A stretch of DNA of 27,025 nucleotides from positions 1-27,025 of the forward strand of contig CAXGWI010000033.1 of assembly GCA_964013405.1 (NCBI GenBank). Reading direction: 5' to 3'. A program made the translations under genes and the position numbers. Positions within the stretch are counted from its first letter, which is position 1. Each line of letters begins with the position of its first letter. This DNA comes from an uncultured Myxococcales bacterium. Its GTDB lineage: Bacteria; Myxococcota; UBA4151. Under the pieces are notes generated by a model. The model was not told where the DNA came from, did no database searches, and was given only the letters and a program-made list of their open reading frames with translations. Shown piece by piece: positions 8,790-17,426 of the stretch.

Positions 8790-9547
8790 GAGCCTATGGG
8801 GTGCTGGCCCTGCTGGCCTTGATGAGCGCTTGCATCACGAAGCCCTTCGATCCGGCCACGGTCGGGGCGCCGGAAGTTCGTATCGAAGCCTCGGAGTTTT
8901 TAATGGGGTCGGCCGAGGGCGAGATGGATGAGGGGCCCCAGAGGACTGTGGCGCTACCGACCTATTTTATCGACCGCTTCGAGGTAACGAACGCTGCCTA
9001 TGCGATCTGTGTGGATCTGGGCGTTTGTCGTCGCTCACAGTTCGAGAATGACCCGGTTCTCGGCCATGAACGACACCCCGTGGTGGGCGTGAGTTGGTAT
9101 GATGCAGAGCGTTTCTGTTCGTGGGTCGGTCGTCGTCTGCCGACCGAGGCTGAGTGGGAGCGTGCGGTACGAGGTCAGGATGGCCGTCGTTACCCTTGGG
9201 GCGAGGAAACCGGCGACCTGGCCAGTCGGGCCAATTTGCGGGGTGATGAAGATGGCTCGGCCCTGACATTACCGGTGGATACCTTGGCCGATGGCCGGTC
9301 CCCTGAGGGGCTCTATCATGGCGCAGGGAATGCGGCCGAATGGGTGGAAGATCAATATGATCCATTGGTCTACCGCCGTATGGTGCAGAAGCTGCCACCG
9401 GAGCCCCAGGAAGGGGACACCCGTGTGGTGAGAGGGGGCAGTTATCGGGATGTTATTTTCTCGGCCCGAAGTTCGGTTCGTGAGCACCGTGCGCCCGGTT
9501 CCCGGTGGGATAACGTAGGGTTTCGCTGTGCAAGAGCAGGTGAATAG
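8786..9547 (+). CDS. FGE-sulfatase (SUMF1/formylglycine-generating enzyme fold) domain lipoprotein
   Basis: Lipobox LMSAC; FLMGS, EVTNAAY, HPVVGVSWYDA, RLPTEAEWERAVRG, GNAAEWV, RGGS, GFRC; lacks the catalytic Cys pair after RGGS. Confidence 0.92.
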   Translation: MRAYGVLALLALMSACITKPFDPATVGAPEVRIEASEFLMGSAEGEMDEGPQRTVALPTYFIDRFEVTNAAYAICVDLGVCRRSQFENDPVLGHERHPVVGVSWYDAERFCSWVGRRLPTEAEWERAVRGQDGRRYPWGEETGDLASRANLRGDEDGSALTLPVDTLADGRSPEGLYHGAGNAAEWVEDQYDPLVYRRMVQKLPPEPQEGDTRVVRGGSYRDVIFSARSSVREHRAPGSRWDNVGFRCARAGE

Positions 9548-9558
9548 CCGGTTTATTT

Positions 9559-9587
9559 TTGACGCTCTCGCGGGCCAGCCATAGATT
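9559..9587 (+). promoter_or_regulatory. Sigma70-type promoter
   Basis: TTGACG (9559-9564), 17 nt spacer, TAGATT (9582-9587), preceded by an AT-rich tract; GGGAGG RBS at 9598-9603. Confidence 0.7.
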
Positions 9588-9611
9588 CCAATCACCAGGG
9601 AGGAAGACTTC

Positions 9612-9887
9612 ATGACCAAGCGATCCGGTGGCCCAGGAACGGGCACACAGACAAGAACCACGACCCGTTCCAAGAGCACCTTGGCCAGCCAGGCGCAAAT
9701 CATGACGGAGGGCCAGGAAGTTCCCGGCTCGACGGAGGTCGGCCCAGCCGCGGGAATGAGCGCGGAAGCCCTGGCAAGTTTGGAGCAAATTCAGGCGGAT
9801 GTGTTGGCTCGCTACGGTGTCACCGAACAGCCTCGAGCGAAGGCCGTCTCTCGGCTCCGCAACCTTGAGGATGGTGAGGATACATAG
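9612..9887 (+). CDS. Small hypothetical protein (91 aa, Thr/Ser/Gly-rich N-terminus, helical C-terminus)
   Basis: Strong RBS GGGAGG 8 nt before ATG, a promoter just upstream, and the ORF fills the gap between flanking genes. Confidence 0.7.
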   Translation: MTKRSGGPGTGTQTRTTTRSKSTLASQAQIMTEGQEVPGSTEVGPAAGMSAEALASLEQIQADVLARYGVTEQPRAKAVSRLRNLEDGEDT

Positions 9888-9930
9888 CGGCCGCCTTTCG
9901 CAGGGCTGCAGGATGTGGCTAGATGCCCGC

Positions 9931-11952
9931 ATGAAGTTGCGGGCGTTCTCTTTTTTGCTGGTCTGGGTCGTTGTGGCGGCCTGTCCGTCACCACCCCCGA
10001 TGGAGGTCTGCGGCAACGGCGTGGTCGGTTCCATCGAGGAATGTGACGATGGCGATGACGACGCGCTCGATGCCTGTACCGGATACTGCAAAAGGGCTCG
10101 GTGCGGCGATGGTCTGATCCGGCAGGATCTCCTAGAAGATGATGATGACCACGAGGAATGCGATGATCGCAACGAGGTCAATGACGACGGCTGCACGGCC
10201 ACTTGCAAGGTCGCTCGGTGCGGTGACGGGATCAAACGGGGCGATTTGCTCTTTGGTCAAAGTGGTTACGAAGCATGCGACGACGGTAATCAGGATGAAC
10301 AGGATGACTGTGTCCGGTGTGCCCAGGCCCGCTGTGGTGACGGCTTCGTTCATTTCGGCATTGAGGAATGTGATGACGGAAACGACGTAGAGGACGATGC
10401 ATGCGACAGCGATTGTGTCGCAGCCCGCTGCGGTGATGGACGACTGCAGGCCGACGAAGCCTGTGATGACGGCAATGCCGATTCCACCGACGCTTGCGCC
10501 TCGGATTGTACACTCGCTCGCTGCGGTGATGGCATCTTACGGCTGGATCGACTTGAGGACGAAAGCGGTTATGAAGCCTGCGATGATGGCAATGAGGACC
10601 CGACCGATGACTGTCTCAACGACTGTACATTGCCTTATTGCGGCGATGGCTTTGTCTGGTTGAACCACGAACTCTGTGATGATGGGAATAACGATACCGG
10701 CGACGGGTGCATCGACTGCCTACCCCCTCGTTGTGGCGATGGCTATGTGAGCCGGGGCGAACGATGCGACGATGGGAACAACGAGCCGGATGATGGCTGC
10801 CACCTTTGTCGTGATAGCGATTGCGGCGATGGCCAACTGGATCATGAAACCGAAGCTTGTGACGATGGCAACATGCTGCCGGGGGACGGCTGTACACCCC
10901 ATTGCCAGTTTGAACCGGTGGCGGTGAGTCTCGGTACCGGGCATAGCTGTGTCTTGTTTGGTCAAGGGCTTGCGAGTTGTTGGGGCGATCACCGCAAGGG
11001 CCAACTGGGTGATCGTGTCGAAGCCGGTGGATTTGTGACCCGGCCGCTAGCGAGTTGGACGCTTCGCCCCCTGGTGGGGATCGCAACAGGCGGTGAGTTC
11101 AGTTGCGTGATCCGGGAGGGCGGTGGCCCTTGGTGCATCGGCGAAGGCAGCGCCGGTCAACTGGGTCATGGGGAGATGGAGGACAGTCAGACTCTGGTTC
11201 GTCCTTTGGGTCTAGATCGAGTCCAGCAGTTGGCCTTGGGACGGGATCACGGCTGTGCTCGCCTCCTGGGGGGCAATGTGTATTGCTGGGGGGAGAACGA
11301 AGAAGGTCAGCTGGGGGACGGCAACTATGAAAGCAGTGCTGTGCCGGTCCGTGTGATCAACTTGGAGCCCGTGACGCAGATCGTTGCCGGGCGGTTGCAT
11401 AACTGTGCTCTGCAGGTCGATGGTGCCATCAAGTGCTGGGGTTATGGTCTCGGCGGCAGGCTTGGGAATCAGCAACATCGATCTCGACGGGCACCGATCC
11501 AAGTGGCCGGCATCGCACCAGCGGAAGCGGTCGCTGTGGGCGGCGGGCACGGCTGTGCCCTGGAGCGCGGGGGACGAATTGCTTGTTGGGGAAACAACGA
11601 TGAAGGCCAGGCCTTAGCGCCCCCCGGTGATCTTCCCCAGACGCCGCATTTTCCTGACCTGCCCGAGATTTCAGCGATGGGCCTGACCCAAAACAGCACC
11701 TGCCTGGCCGATGCTGCCGGTCGGCTCGCTTGCTGGGGCTACGGCGAACAAGGGCAACTGGCCGGCAGTCGGAGTAATCGGCGCTGGCTCCATGATCCCG
11801 ATGGCGTGCATCTCATCGCCTCTGGCCTGACCCACCACTGTGCTTTGGACGGTGACAACCGCCTATGGTGTTGGGGCGAGGGGAGTTCCGGGCAGCTTGG
11901 TAATGGGCAGCGCGCCGACCGGTCGGAGCCGACGCTCGTCGAGTTTCATTGA
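9931..11952 (+). CDS. Lipoprotein with Myxococcus Cys-rich repeats (DUF4215-like) and a C-terminal RCC1/BLIP-II-like beta-propeller
   Basis: Likely start ATG 9931 gives signal plus lipobox (VVAAC); nine CG(D/N)G...ExCDDxx repeats; about seven RCC1 repeats (HxC...CWG...GQLG). Confidence 0.9.
   Translation: MKLRAFSFLLVWVVVAACPSPPPMEVCGNGVVGSIEECDDGDDDALDACTGYCKRARCGDGLIRQDLLEDDDDHEECDDRNEVNDDGCTATCKVARCGDGIKRGDLLFGQSGYEACDDGNQDEQDDCVRCAQARCGDGFVHFGIEECDDGNDVEDDACDSDCVAARCGDGRLQADEACDDGNADSTDACASDCTLARCGDGILRLDRLEDESGYEACDDGNEDPTDDCLNDCTLPYCGDGFVWLNHELCDDGNNDTGDGCIDCLPPRCGDGYVSRGERCDDGNNEPDDGCHLCRDSDCGDGQLDHETEACDDGNMLPGDGCTPHCQFEPVAVSLGTGHSCVLFGQGLASCWGDHRKGQLGDRVEAGGFVTRPLASWTLRPLVGIATGGEFSCVIREGGGPWCIGEGSAGQLGHGEMEDSQTLVRPLGLDRVQQLALGRDHGCARLLGGNVYCWGENEEGQLGDGNYESSAVPVRVINLEPVTQIVAGRLHNCALQVDGAIKCWGYGLGGRLGNQQHRSRRAPIQVAGIAPAEAVAVGGGHGCALERGGRIACWGNNDEGQALAPPGDLPQTPHFPDLPEISAMGLTQNSTCLADAAGRLACWGYGEQGQLAGSRSNRRWLHDPDGVHLIASGLTHHCALDGDNRLWCWGEGSSGQLGNGQRADRSEPTLVEFH
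10009..10911 (+). repeat. Nine tandem Cys/Asp-rich coding repeats (CGDG...ExCDDGN...DxC...C)
   Basis: Counted in translation: CGNG once, CGDG eight times; degenerate at DNA level. Confidence 0.9.
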
Positions 11953-11996
11953 GGCGGAGGGGCTCTCAGTCATAAGAGGGCGTAACGGGGTGAATC

Positions 11997-12884
11997 GTGC
12001 GGATCGATTGGACAGAAGAAACCTTTGGCGGTTGTGATGGGACCGCATTGTTTCGCCGTCATGCTGGCGACCCAGCCGGCCGGCCCGTTGTCCTCTGTGA
12101 TGGGGTCGGATGTGACGGCTATATTTGGCGCTATCTCGCGCCCGAGCTGGTGCGCCAAGGCTGCCGTGTCGTGCATTGGCAATATCGAGCGCACGGATTT
12201 TCTCAGGCGCCAGCCGACCCGACCCGACTCCAGTTAAGTGACTTGGCCGAAGATCTGCTTGTCTTGTTGCGGGACATGGATCTGTCCGATGCCCTTCTCG
12301 TAGGCCATTCGATGGGGGTCCAGGTCGTCCTCGAAGCGTGGAGCCGAGACCCCCAGCGTGTGAGCGCCTTGGCTCTCTTGTTTGGCTCTGCCGGCCGCCC
12401 CCTCGATACCTTCGGAGGCGATGACCGCCTGGCCCGGTGGGTGCCTGTGATGCGGCAACTGGCTCGCCGAATGGGCAAACGGGGCCGGGCCGTTTGGCGC
12501 GGATTGCTTCATAGTCGCCTTTCCTTGCTCGTCGGTCTCGCCACCGAGTTGAATGCTCAACGGATTCGGCCCAGCGACTTCGTTCCCTATTTGGACACCT
12601 TGGCCGAGATGGACCCGGTGCACTTCGTGGACACCGTCTGGGCTGCAGGCCAACACGACGCTCGGGCGCTCCTCGAGGAGATCGATCTTCCGACCTTGAT
12701 CCTGGCCGCAGGGCGAGATGGCTTCACGCCGCCGCGGCTCTCTCAAGCGATGGCTGCCCAAGTGCCGGATAGCGTCTTTTGTGTCTTTGAGGAGGCGAGT
12801 CACGCCGCACCATTAGAGTTTCCCGACGAGGTGAACGAGCAGGTGACCGCGTTCATCGACTCTCTTGGCCTTAAGGCCCGTTGA
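11997..12884 (+). CDS. Alpha/beta hydrolase
   Basis: GHSMG nucleophile elbow, AGRDGFTP (Asp), ASHAAPLE (His); GTG start; no signal peptide. Confidence 0.92.
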   Translation: MRIDWTEETFGGCDGTALFRRHAGDPAGRPVVLCDGVGCDGYIWRYLAPELVRQGCRVVHWQYRAHGFSQAPADPTRLQLSDLAEDLLVLLRDMDLSDALLVGHSMGVQVVLEAWSRDPQRVSALALLFGSAGRPLDTFGGDDRLARWVPVMRQLARRMGKRGRAVWRGLLHSRLSLLVGLATELNAQRIRPSDFVPYLDTLAEMDPVHFVDTVWAAGQHDARALLEEIDLPTLILAAGRDGFTPPRLSQAMAAQVPDSVFCVFEEASHAAPLEFPDEVNEQVTAFIDSLGLKAR

Positions 12885-12910
12885 CGCAACAAGCACCCGC
12901 TGTCTAGAGT
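12881..12910 (+). promoter_or_regulatory. Sigma70-type promoter for the NTT-HEAT/cNMP pair
   Basis: TTGACG (12881-12886), 18 nt spacer, TAGAGT (12905-12910); GGAGG at 12918-12922, 6 nt before the TTG start at 12929. Confidence 0.55.
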
Positions 12911-12928
12911 GCCACTCGGAGGCCGCAC

Positions 12929-15835
12929 TTGGCATTCCTTGCCCGCGTTTTTCAGATTCGAGAAGGCGAAGGATTTCGCTCGGTCCTGATGTTTATCTAC
13001 ATGATGAATGCCGTGGGGGCCTTCATCACCGGGCGCATCGTTCGGGATTCTCTCTTCCTGTCGAAATCGGATCTTTCGGTCCTTCCTTATCTCTACGTCG
13101 CTGTGTTTGTCGCCGTCAGTGTGCCCAGCCTGATCTATGGGCGGGTCGCTGAGAAGTTCCGGCGGGACCGGCTGATTATTGGCCTGACCACCATCCTGCT
13201 CATCAGTATGGTCTTGAGCCGGTTGTTCCTGTCCACCATCGACGCGGAAGGGGACCACTGGTTCTTTGCGGTGTTCTACGTCTGGGTGGAGGTCATGGGT
13301 GCCTTCCTCATGATCCAGTTCTTCACCTTTGCTGCTGATATTTTCACCAGTCGAGAAACGAAGCGCCTGTTTGCCTTCATTCTGGGTGGCGGGACCATGT
13401 CGAACATTATCTTCGGCTTCGGCGCCCGGATGCTGGTGAAGGATTACGGCGTCGAAACCAACGACCTCATCTGGGTGGTCGTGTTGTGCTTCGCCATCTG
13501 TCTGGTTTGTGTCTTTGCTTTGGGGCGCAGCGAAAGCGAAGCCCTCGACCGAGCCTTTACGGGCCGGCGGAGCAAGCAGAAAGGCGCCGCCGCTCGGAAG
13601 CGGGCAGCAGCCGATGAGGGGACGACCAAGGTCAAACAGAAAGTCCTCGCGACGAAGCACGTGCGGTTTATCGCGCTCATCGTCATGATCACCTTTCTCA
13701 CGACCCAGTTCATCGACTTTACCTTTAAAGCCTTAGCGACTCAGAAGTACTCCGGTGAGTCTGGGGAACTGGGCAGCTTCTTCGGCACCTTTTATGGTTA
13801 TTTAGGGATCATCTCGATCCTCTTTCAGTTCTTCTTCACCCGGCGCATCCTGGAGCAGTTTGGTGTGTTGGTGGCCTTGCTCGTGTTGCCTGTATCCCTC
13901 TTTCTGGGTTCCGGTGCCTTGGGGGTCGCCGGTGCGATGGGAGCCTCGATTGCGACCCTCTTCATGGTGGGAACCATCGCTCAGGGGGCCAGCCAGGGTC
14001 TTCGCTACACCGTTTACGATGCGACGATGCAGCTCCTTTATACGCCCATCCCCTCCGATGTGCGGGCCCGAGCCAAGAGTTTCATCGATGGGATCTTAAA
14101 GCCTGGCGCCATCGGTGCCGCAGGTCTCCTGCTCCTTCTCCTCAGCAAGGTGTTCAACCCCAGTAACCCCGAGATCAGCTACATCGGTTTCGGCACCCTC
14201 GTGTTCGCGGTGGTCTGGATCGTTCTCTTGGTGGGGGTGCGCAAAGAATACATCAAGAGCCTGATCAATACCTTGGCGAAGAAGCGTCTCGATTTTCAGG
14301 CCGACACCCCGGATCTGGACAATCCTGAGACGATTGAAACCTTGGTCCTCGAACTGTCCAGCGGCGATCCGCGACGAATTCGTAACGGTTTGGAATTAGC
14401 CCAGCGAGTTCAGAGTTCGGGCCTAGACCATGCGTTGGGTGGTGTCCTGGGACGATCTGAAGCCGATATTCGCCAAATGGCTTTGCACGCTTTGGGCCGT
14501 CGGGGCGCCTGGAAGGAGCTCTCCGAGGTGCATGCGTGCATCAAGGATCCGGAGCCTGAGGTGCGAGCCGCAGCGGTCGAAGCCTTCTGTGCCATCGCAC
14601 GGGAGAAAGCGATCGAAGTGAGTGCCAGCCTGCTGGATGACGAGAGCCCGCTGGTTCGAGAGTCTGCGATCGCCGGCTTAATCCAGCACGGTGGTTTGGA
14701 CGGCATCCTTCGGGCCGCGGAGCCGCTCAAGCAACTGCTTGAAAGCGAAGAGCCCGATGATCGGGTGAGCGCAGCTCGTGTGCTGCACGCCATTCGCGTT
14801 CGGAACTTTTATCAACCGGTCTTGCGCCTCTTGGCCGACGAGAGCCCCAAGGTTGTGAAGGCAGCGCTCGAGGCAGCAGGCGCCATGAAGACCGAGGAGT
14901 TGGTGCCCAGCGTGATCTACTGCATGGACCGCCGTGGCTATGCCAACCACGCGGCCCGGGCTTTGATCTCGATGGGGGATGAGGTTGTTCCGCTTCTGTC
15001 AAAGGTGATCGGTAATCCTCGAGAAAGCGCAAATGTTCGGGCCATGGTGCCCCGGGTCTTGAGTCACATCGGGACCCCCCTTGCAAAGCAGGTTTTGAAG
15101 AAGAATCTGCTGATCACTAAAGATCGAATTCAGCGCTATCGCATTGCGACTGCGTTGTCCCGTTTGCGCCTCAGTGACCCCAAACTCCTGCTGCCGAAGA
15201 AGCAAGTGCTGGCCCTCCTAGAGGACGAACTTAGCCTGGCCTATAAATACGTAGAAATGCAGGCTGCCTTTGAAGCCGAACCGGAACTTGAGCCCCTTTT
15301 TCGGGCCATGGATGACCGGCTTCGCTACGCGCGCCGTCGCATCCTGAAGTTACTCGCCCTAATCCATGATCCACAGACGATCTTAGCGGTCAGCCGTAAC
15401 TTGGATTCCCAGCAGGCTGTGGTCAGGGACAATGCGGTAGAAGTGCTCGACGACTTGGTCGATGTGTCCATTCGGCGCCCACTGGTCAATCTGCTCGACC
15501 GCAGTGACCTCTCGGCCAAGTTGCAGGCGGTCGCTGCTCTCTATCCCTTCCCGGAAATGCCCATGGATGACCGCCTTGCCTTGATGCTTGAAGAGCATGA
15601 GCCCTTCCTCGTGAGTTGTGCAGCCTACCTACTTGGCAAGCGGCAGGAGGGTCATGTGCCGGTCAAACAGCTACGAGGACTCCTCGACGCCAATGCACCC
15701 GTGATTCGTGAATCCGTTGCCCAGTGCCTATTTCGGCGTTGTGGCGAAGAAGCCCTTGAGTGGATCCGTCCTCTGATGGATGATCCCGTCCCGAACGTGC
15801 GTCGGATGGCCCGAGCGCTGTCTCAGCCCCAATGA
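12929..15835 (+). CDS. NTT/TLC (Npt1/Npt2-like) MFS transporter domain fused to HEAT repeats
   Basis: About 12 TM N-terminal domain with NTT-like motifs (RIVRDSLFL; FFTFAADIFTSRETKRLFAFILGGG; RARAKSFIDG), followed by HEAT repeats (DPEPEVRAAAVEA, DESPLVRESAIAG, DESPKVVKAALEA, DPVPNVRRMA). Confidence 0.88.
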   Translation: MAFLARVFQIREGEGFRSVLMFIYMMNAVGAFITGRIVRDSLFLSKSDLSVLPYLYVAVFVAVSVPSLIYGRVAEKFRRDRLIIGLTTILLISMVLSRLFLSTIDAEGDHWFFAVFYVWVEVMGAFLMIQFFTFAADIFTSRETKRLFAFILGGGTMSNIIFGFGARMLVKDYGVETNDLIWVVVLCFAICLVCVFALGRSESEALDRAFTGRRSKQKGAAARKRAAADEGTTKVKQKVLATKHVRFIALIVMITFLTTQFIDFTFKALATQKYSGESGELGSFFGTFYGYLGIISILFQFFFTRRILEQFGVLVALLVLPVSLFLGSGALGVAGAMGASIATLFMVGTIAQGASQGLRYTVYDATMQLLYTPIPSDVRARAKSFIDGILKPGAIGAAGLLLLLLSKVFNPSNPEISYIGFGTLVFAVVWIVLLVGVRKEYIKSLINTLAKKRLDFQADTPDLDNPETIETLVLELSSGDPRRIRNGLELAQRVQSSGLDHALGGVLGRSEADIRQMALHALGRRGAWKELSEVHACIKDPEPEVRAAAVEAFCAIAREKAIEVSASLLDDESPLVRESAIAGLIQHGGLDGILRAAEPLKQLLESEEPDDRVSAARVLHAIRVRNFYQPVLRLLADESPKVVKAALEAAGAMKTEELVPSVIYCMDRRGYANHAARALISMGDEVVPLLSKVIGNPRESANVRAMVPRVLSHIGTPLAKQVLKKNLLITKDRIQRYRIATALSRLRLSDPKLLLPKKQVLALLEDELSLAYKYVEMQAAFEAEPELEPLFRAMDDRLRYARRRILKLLALIHDPQTILAVSRNLDSQQAVVRDNAVEVLDDLVDVSIRRPLVNLLDRSDLSAKLQAVAALYPFPEMPMDDRLALMLEEHEPFLVSCAAYLLGKRQEGHVPVKQLRGLLDANAPVIRESVAQCLFRRCGEEALEWIRPLMDDPVPNVRRMARALSQPQ

Positions 15836-15856
15836 CCCCCGCAAGGAGACTGCCTC

Positions 15857-16288
15857 ATGCTTAGTACGGTCGAAAAGGTCCTCTTCTTGAAGACGGTCGA
15901 TCTGTTTTCGGCCATTCCGGGAAGTGATCTGACACATATCGCTGGCGTCACGGAGGAGGAGGACCTCCTCGATGGCGACCAGTTTATTCACCAGGGTGAA
16001 ACCGGTGATTCGCTCTTCCTCATCGTCGATGGTGAGGTGGAGATTAAGGTGAGCCATACGACGGTTGCGACCCTGGGCGAGCGCCAGGTGGTGGGCGAGA
16101 TGAGTATTTTGGACTCGGAGACCCGTAGTGCGGATTGCTTTGCGAAAGGCCCCACCACCTTGCTCAAGCTCCGTAAAGGGGAGTTTGATGACATCATGGC
16201 TGAGAAGCCGGAGATCGCCCGAGGCATTCTAAAGGTGCTGACGGGGCGGTTACGGCAAAAGAATGTGGCCGCGGCCAAGCAGGATTAG
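15857..16288 (+). CDS. Stand-alone cyclic-nucleotide-binding domain protein
   Basis: QGETGDSLFLIVDGEV and phosphate-binding cassette GEMSILDSETRSA; 143 aa with no HTH; RBS AAGGAG. Confidence 0.92.
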   Translation: MLSTVEKVLFLKTVDLFSAIPGSDLTHIAGVTEEEDLLDGDQFIHQGETGDSLFLIVDGEVEIKVSHTTVATLGERQVVGEMSILDSETRSADCFAKGPTTLLKLRKGEFDDIMAEKPEIARGILKVLTGRLRQKNVAAAKQD

Positions 16289-16305
16289 TGGCGCAACCGC
16301 AGCGG

Positions 16306-17409
16306 TCACCCCGGTTGTGAGGTGGCCGAGAACAGTGGTGCGAGAAGTTCTCGAGCTTCGAAGGGATCGTACCAGGTTCCAGCCCGGCGATGGGGCTGGC
16401 TCGCTGCAGCCACGATCAGAGCCTTGAGTTCCCTTGCATCCTGATACAGGCAGTCCCCATGATGGGCTTTCGGGATGAATTCAGGATAGCAGAGCCCATT
16501 GGGTAAGAGGGGCCAAAGCCCCAACTGGACCCCTTCGGCGACGCTCAAGCCGAAGTTTTCTTGCTTCGAGGTACTTAACAGCACGTCGGCCTGGGCCAGT
16601 CGATCGAGATAGTCGCTGCGGACCGGTACGTAGTGGTCGTGGATGACCCGGGCTTCGAGCCGGACGAGTCCATGGTCAATCCCCTCGGGCTGGCGCCGAA
16701 ATCGCTCCCCAAAAAGCATGAGCTCAAAGTCCAGCCCCTCATCGGCGAGGTCGGCAAGGAGGTGGAGAACCTCCGCTGCGCCTTTGTCCTGATCCCGGCG
16801 GTGGTTCCAGGCGATGCGCAAGGGACCCGGAGCTCTATCTTCGCGCCGAAAGCGGGTGAACTCTTCCAGGTCGAGGGGAAGTCCCAGCACCTGTCCTCGG
16901 ATAAGAATCTCGTGGGCGAGGCCCTCAAGCCCTTGCTCGGGGAGAGCCGCACTCAGTTTTTCAAGATGCTGCAAGAATTCGTCTCGGTGGTGGCATGAGT
17001 TCCACCAGATCCGATCGGCTGCGAGACAGGAGTTGATGTTGATGAGACCCAGATGGAGGTCTTCTCGGTCTGCGGCTGGCCGGGGGTAGGAAAGCTGGTT
17101 CTCGTGCATCAAAAGGGTGCAATGACTGTTGGCGAGCTCTGGGCACAGTCCCCGAAGGCGGCTCAGATCCATCATGTCGGTCACAAGGAGGTGACTGGGC
17201 CACTCGTTGGCCCCGTGTAGCCTTTGCGCGAAACTCAGATGGGCGCTTCCCATGCGCCACTTCCAATGCCGTGCAGGGAGAGTCCACTTCTGGGCCGGTA
17301 GGGGGCTGAACTTGATGAGCGTGTCCGTCACCGCCGCATGACTGCCGCCGTGATAAGGATCGAGCACGAGTAGTTGTGGCGCCGTTAACCCCTCGCCGGT
17401 CGGCATCAC
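16306..17409 (-). CDS. DUF3524 + GT4 glycosyltransferase, GTDC1/QTMAN (tRNA-queuosine alpha-mannosyltransferase)-like
   Basis: DPYHGGSH, TLPARHWKWR, HENQLSYP, SCLAAD..WNS, PLRIAWNHR..DK, STSKQENFGLSVAE (GT4 Ex7E), YPE; order matches recalled GTDC1 motifs (FYGGSH, TLPAKKWHWR, HENQLIYP, HRWEHDK, HEFFG). Confidence 0.88.
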   Translation of the reverse strand: MMPTGEGLTAPQLLVLDPYHGGSHAAVTDTLIKFSPLPAQKWTLPARHWKWRMGSAHLSFAQRLHGANEWPSHLLVTDMMDLSRLRGLCPELANSHCTLLMHENQLSYPRPAADREDLHLGLININSCLAADRIWWNSCHHRDEFLQHLEKLSAALPEQGLEGLAHEILIRGQVLGLPLDLEEFTRFRREDRAPGPLRIAWNHRRDQDKGAAEVLHLLADLADEGLDFELMLFGERFRRQPEGIDHGLVRLEARVIHDHYVPVRSDYLDRLAQADVLLSTSKQENFGLSVAEGVQLGLWPLLPNGLCYPEFIPKAHHGDCLYQDARELKALIVAAASQPHRRAGTWYDPFEARELLAPLFSATSQPG

Positions 17410-17426
17410 TGCCGGTCCCGCCCGGG

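Noticed and set aside
8786..9547. FGE/CLec-fold protein as a diversity-generating retroelement target
   Set aside because: No reverse transcriptase in the window, and I saw no second near-copy (template repeat) of its 3' end.
9612..9887. Small Thr/Ser-rich ORF as a RiPP precursor
   Set aside because: No Cys or leader motif, and no modifying enzyme, peptidase-transporter or radical SAM gene nearby.
9799..9930. Longest-ORF starts in the track (9799, 21094, 21756)
   Set aside because: They overlap upstream genes extensively. Starts at 9931, 21202 and 21933 give proper signal peptides or stop/start coupling.
10009..10911. Repeated tgcgg(c/t)ga(c/t)gg DNA motifs as a CRISPR array or non-coding repeat
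   Set aside because: Explained by in-frame CGDG protein repeats with synonymous variation; no cas genes.
15857..16288. Crp/Fnr transcription factor
   Set aside because: The protein ends after the C-helix with no helix-turn-helix domain.
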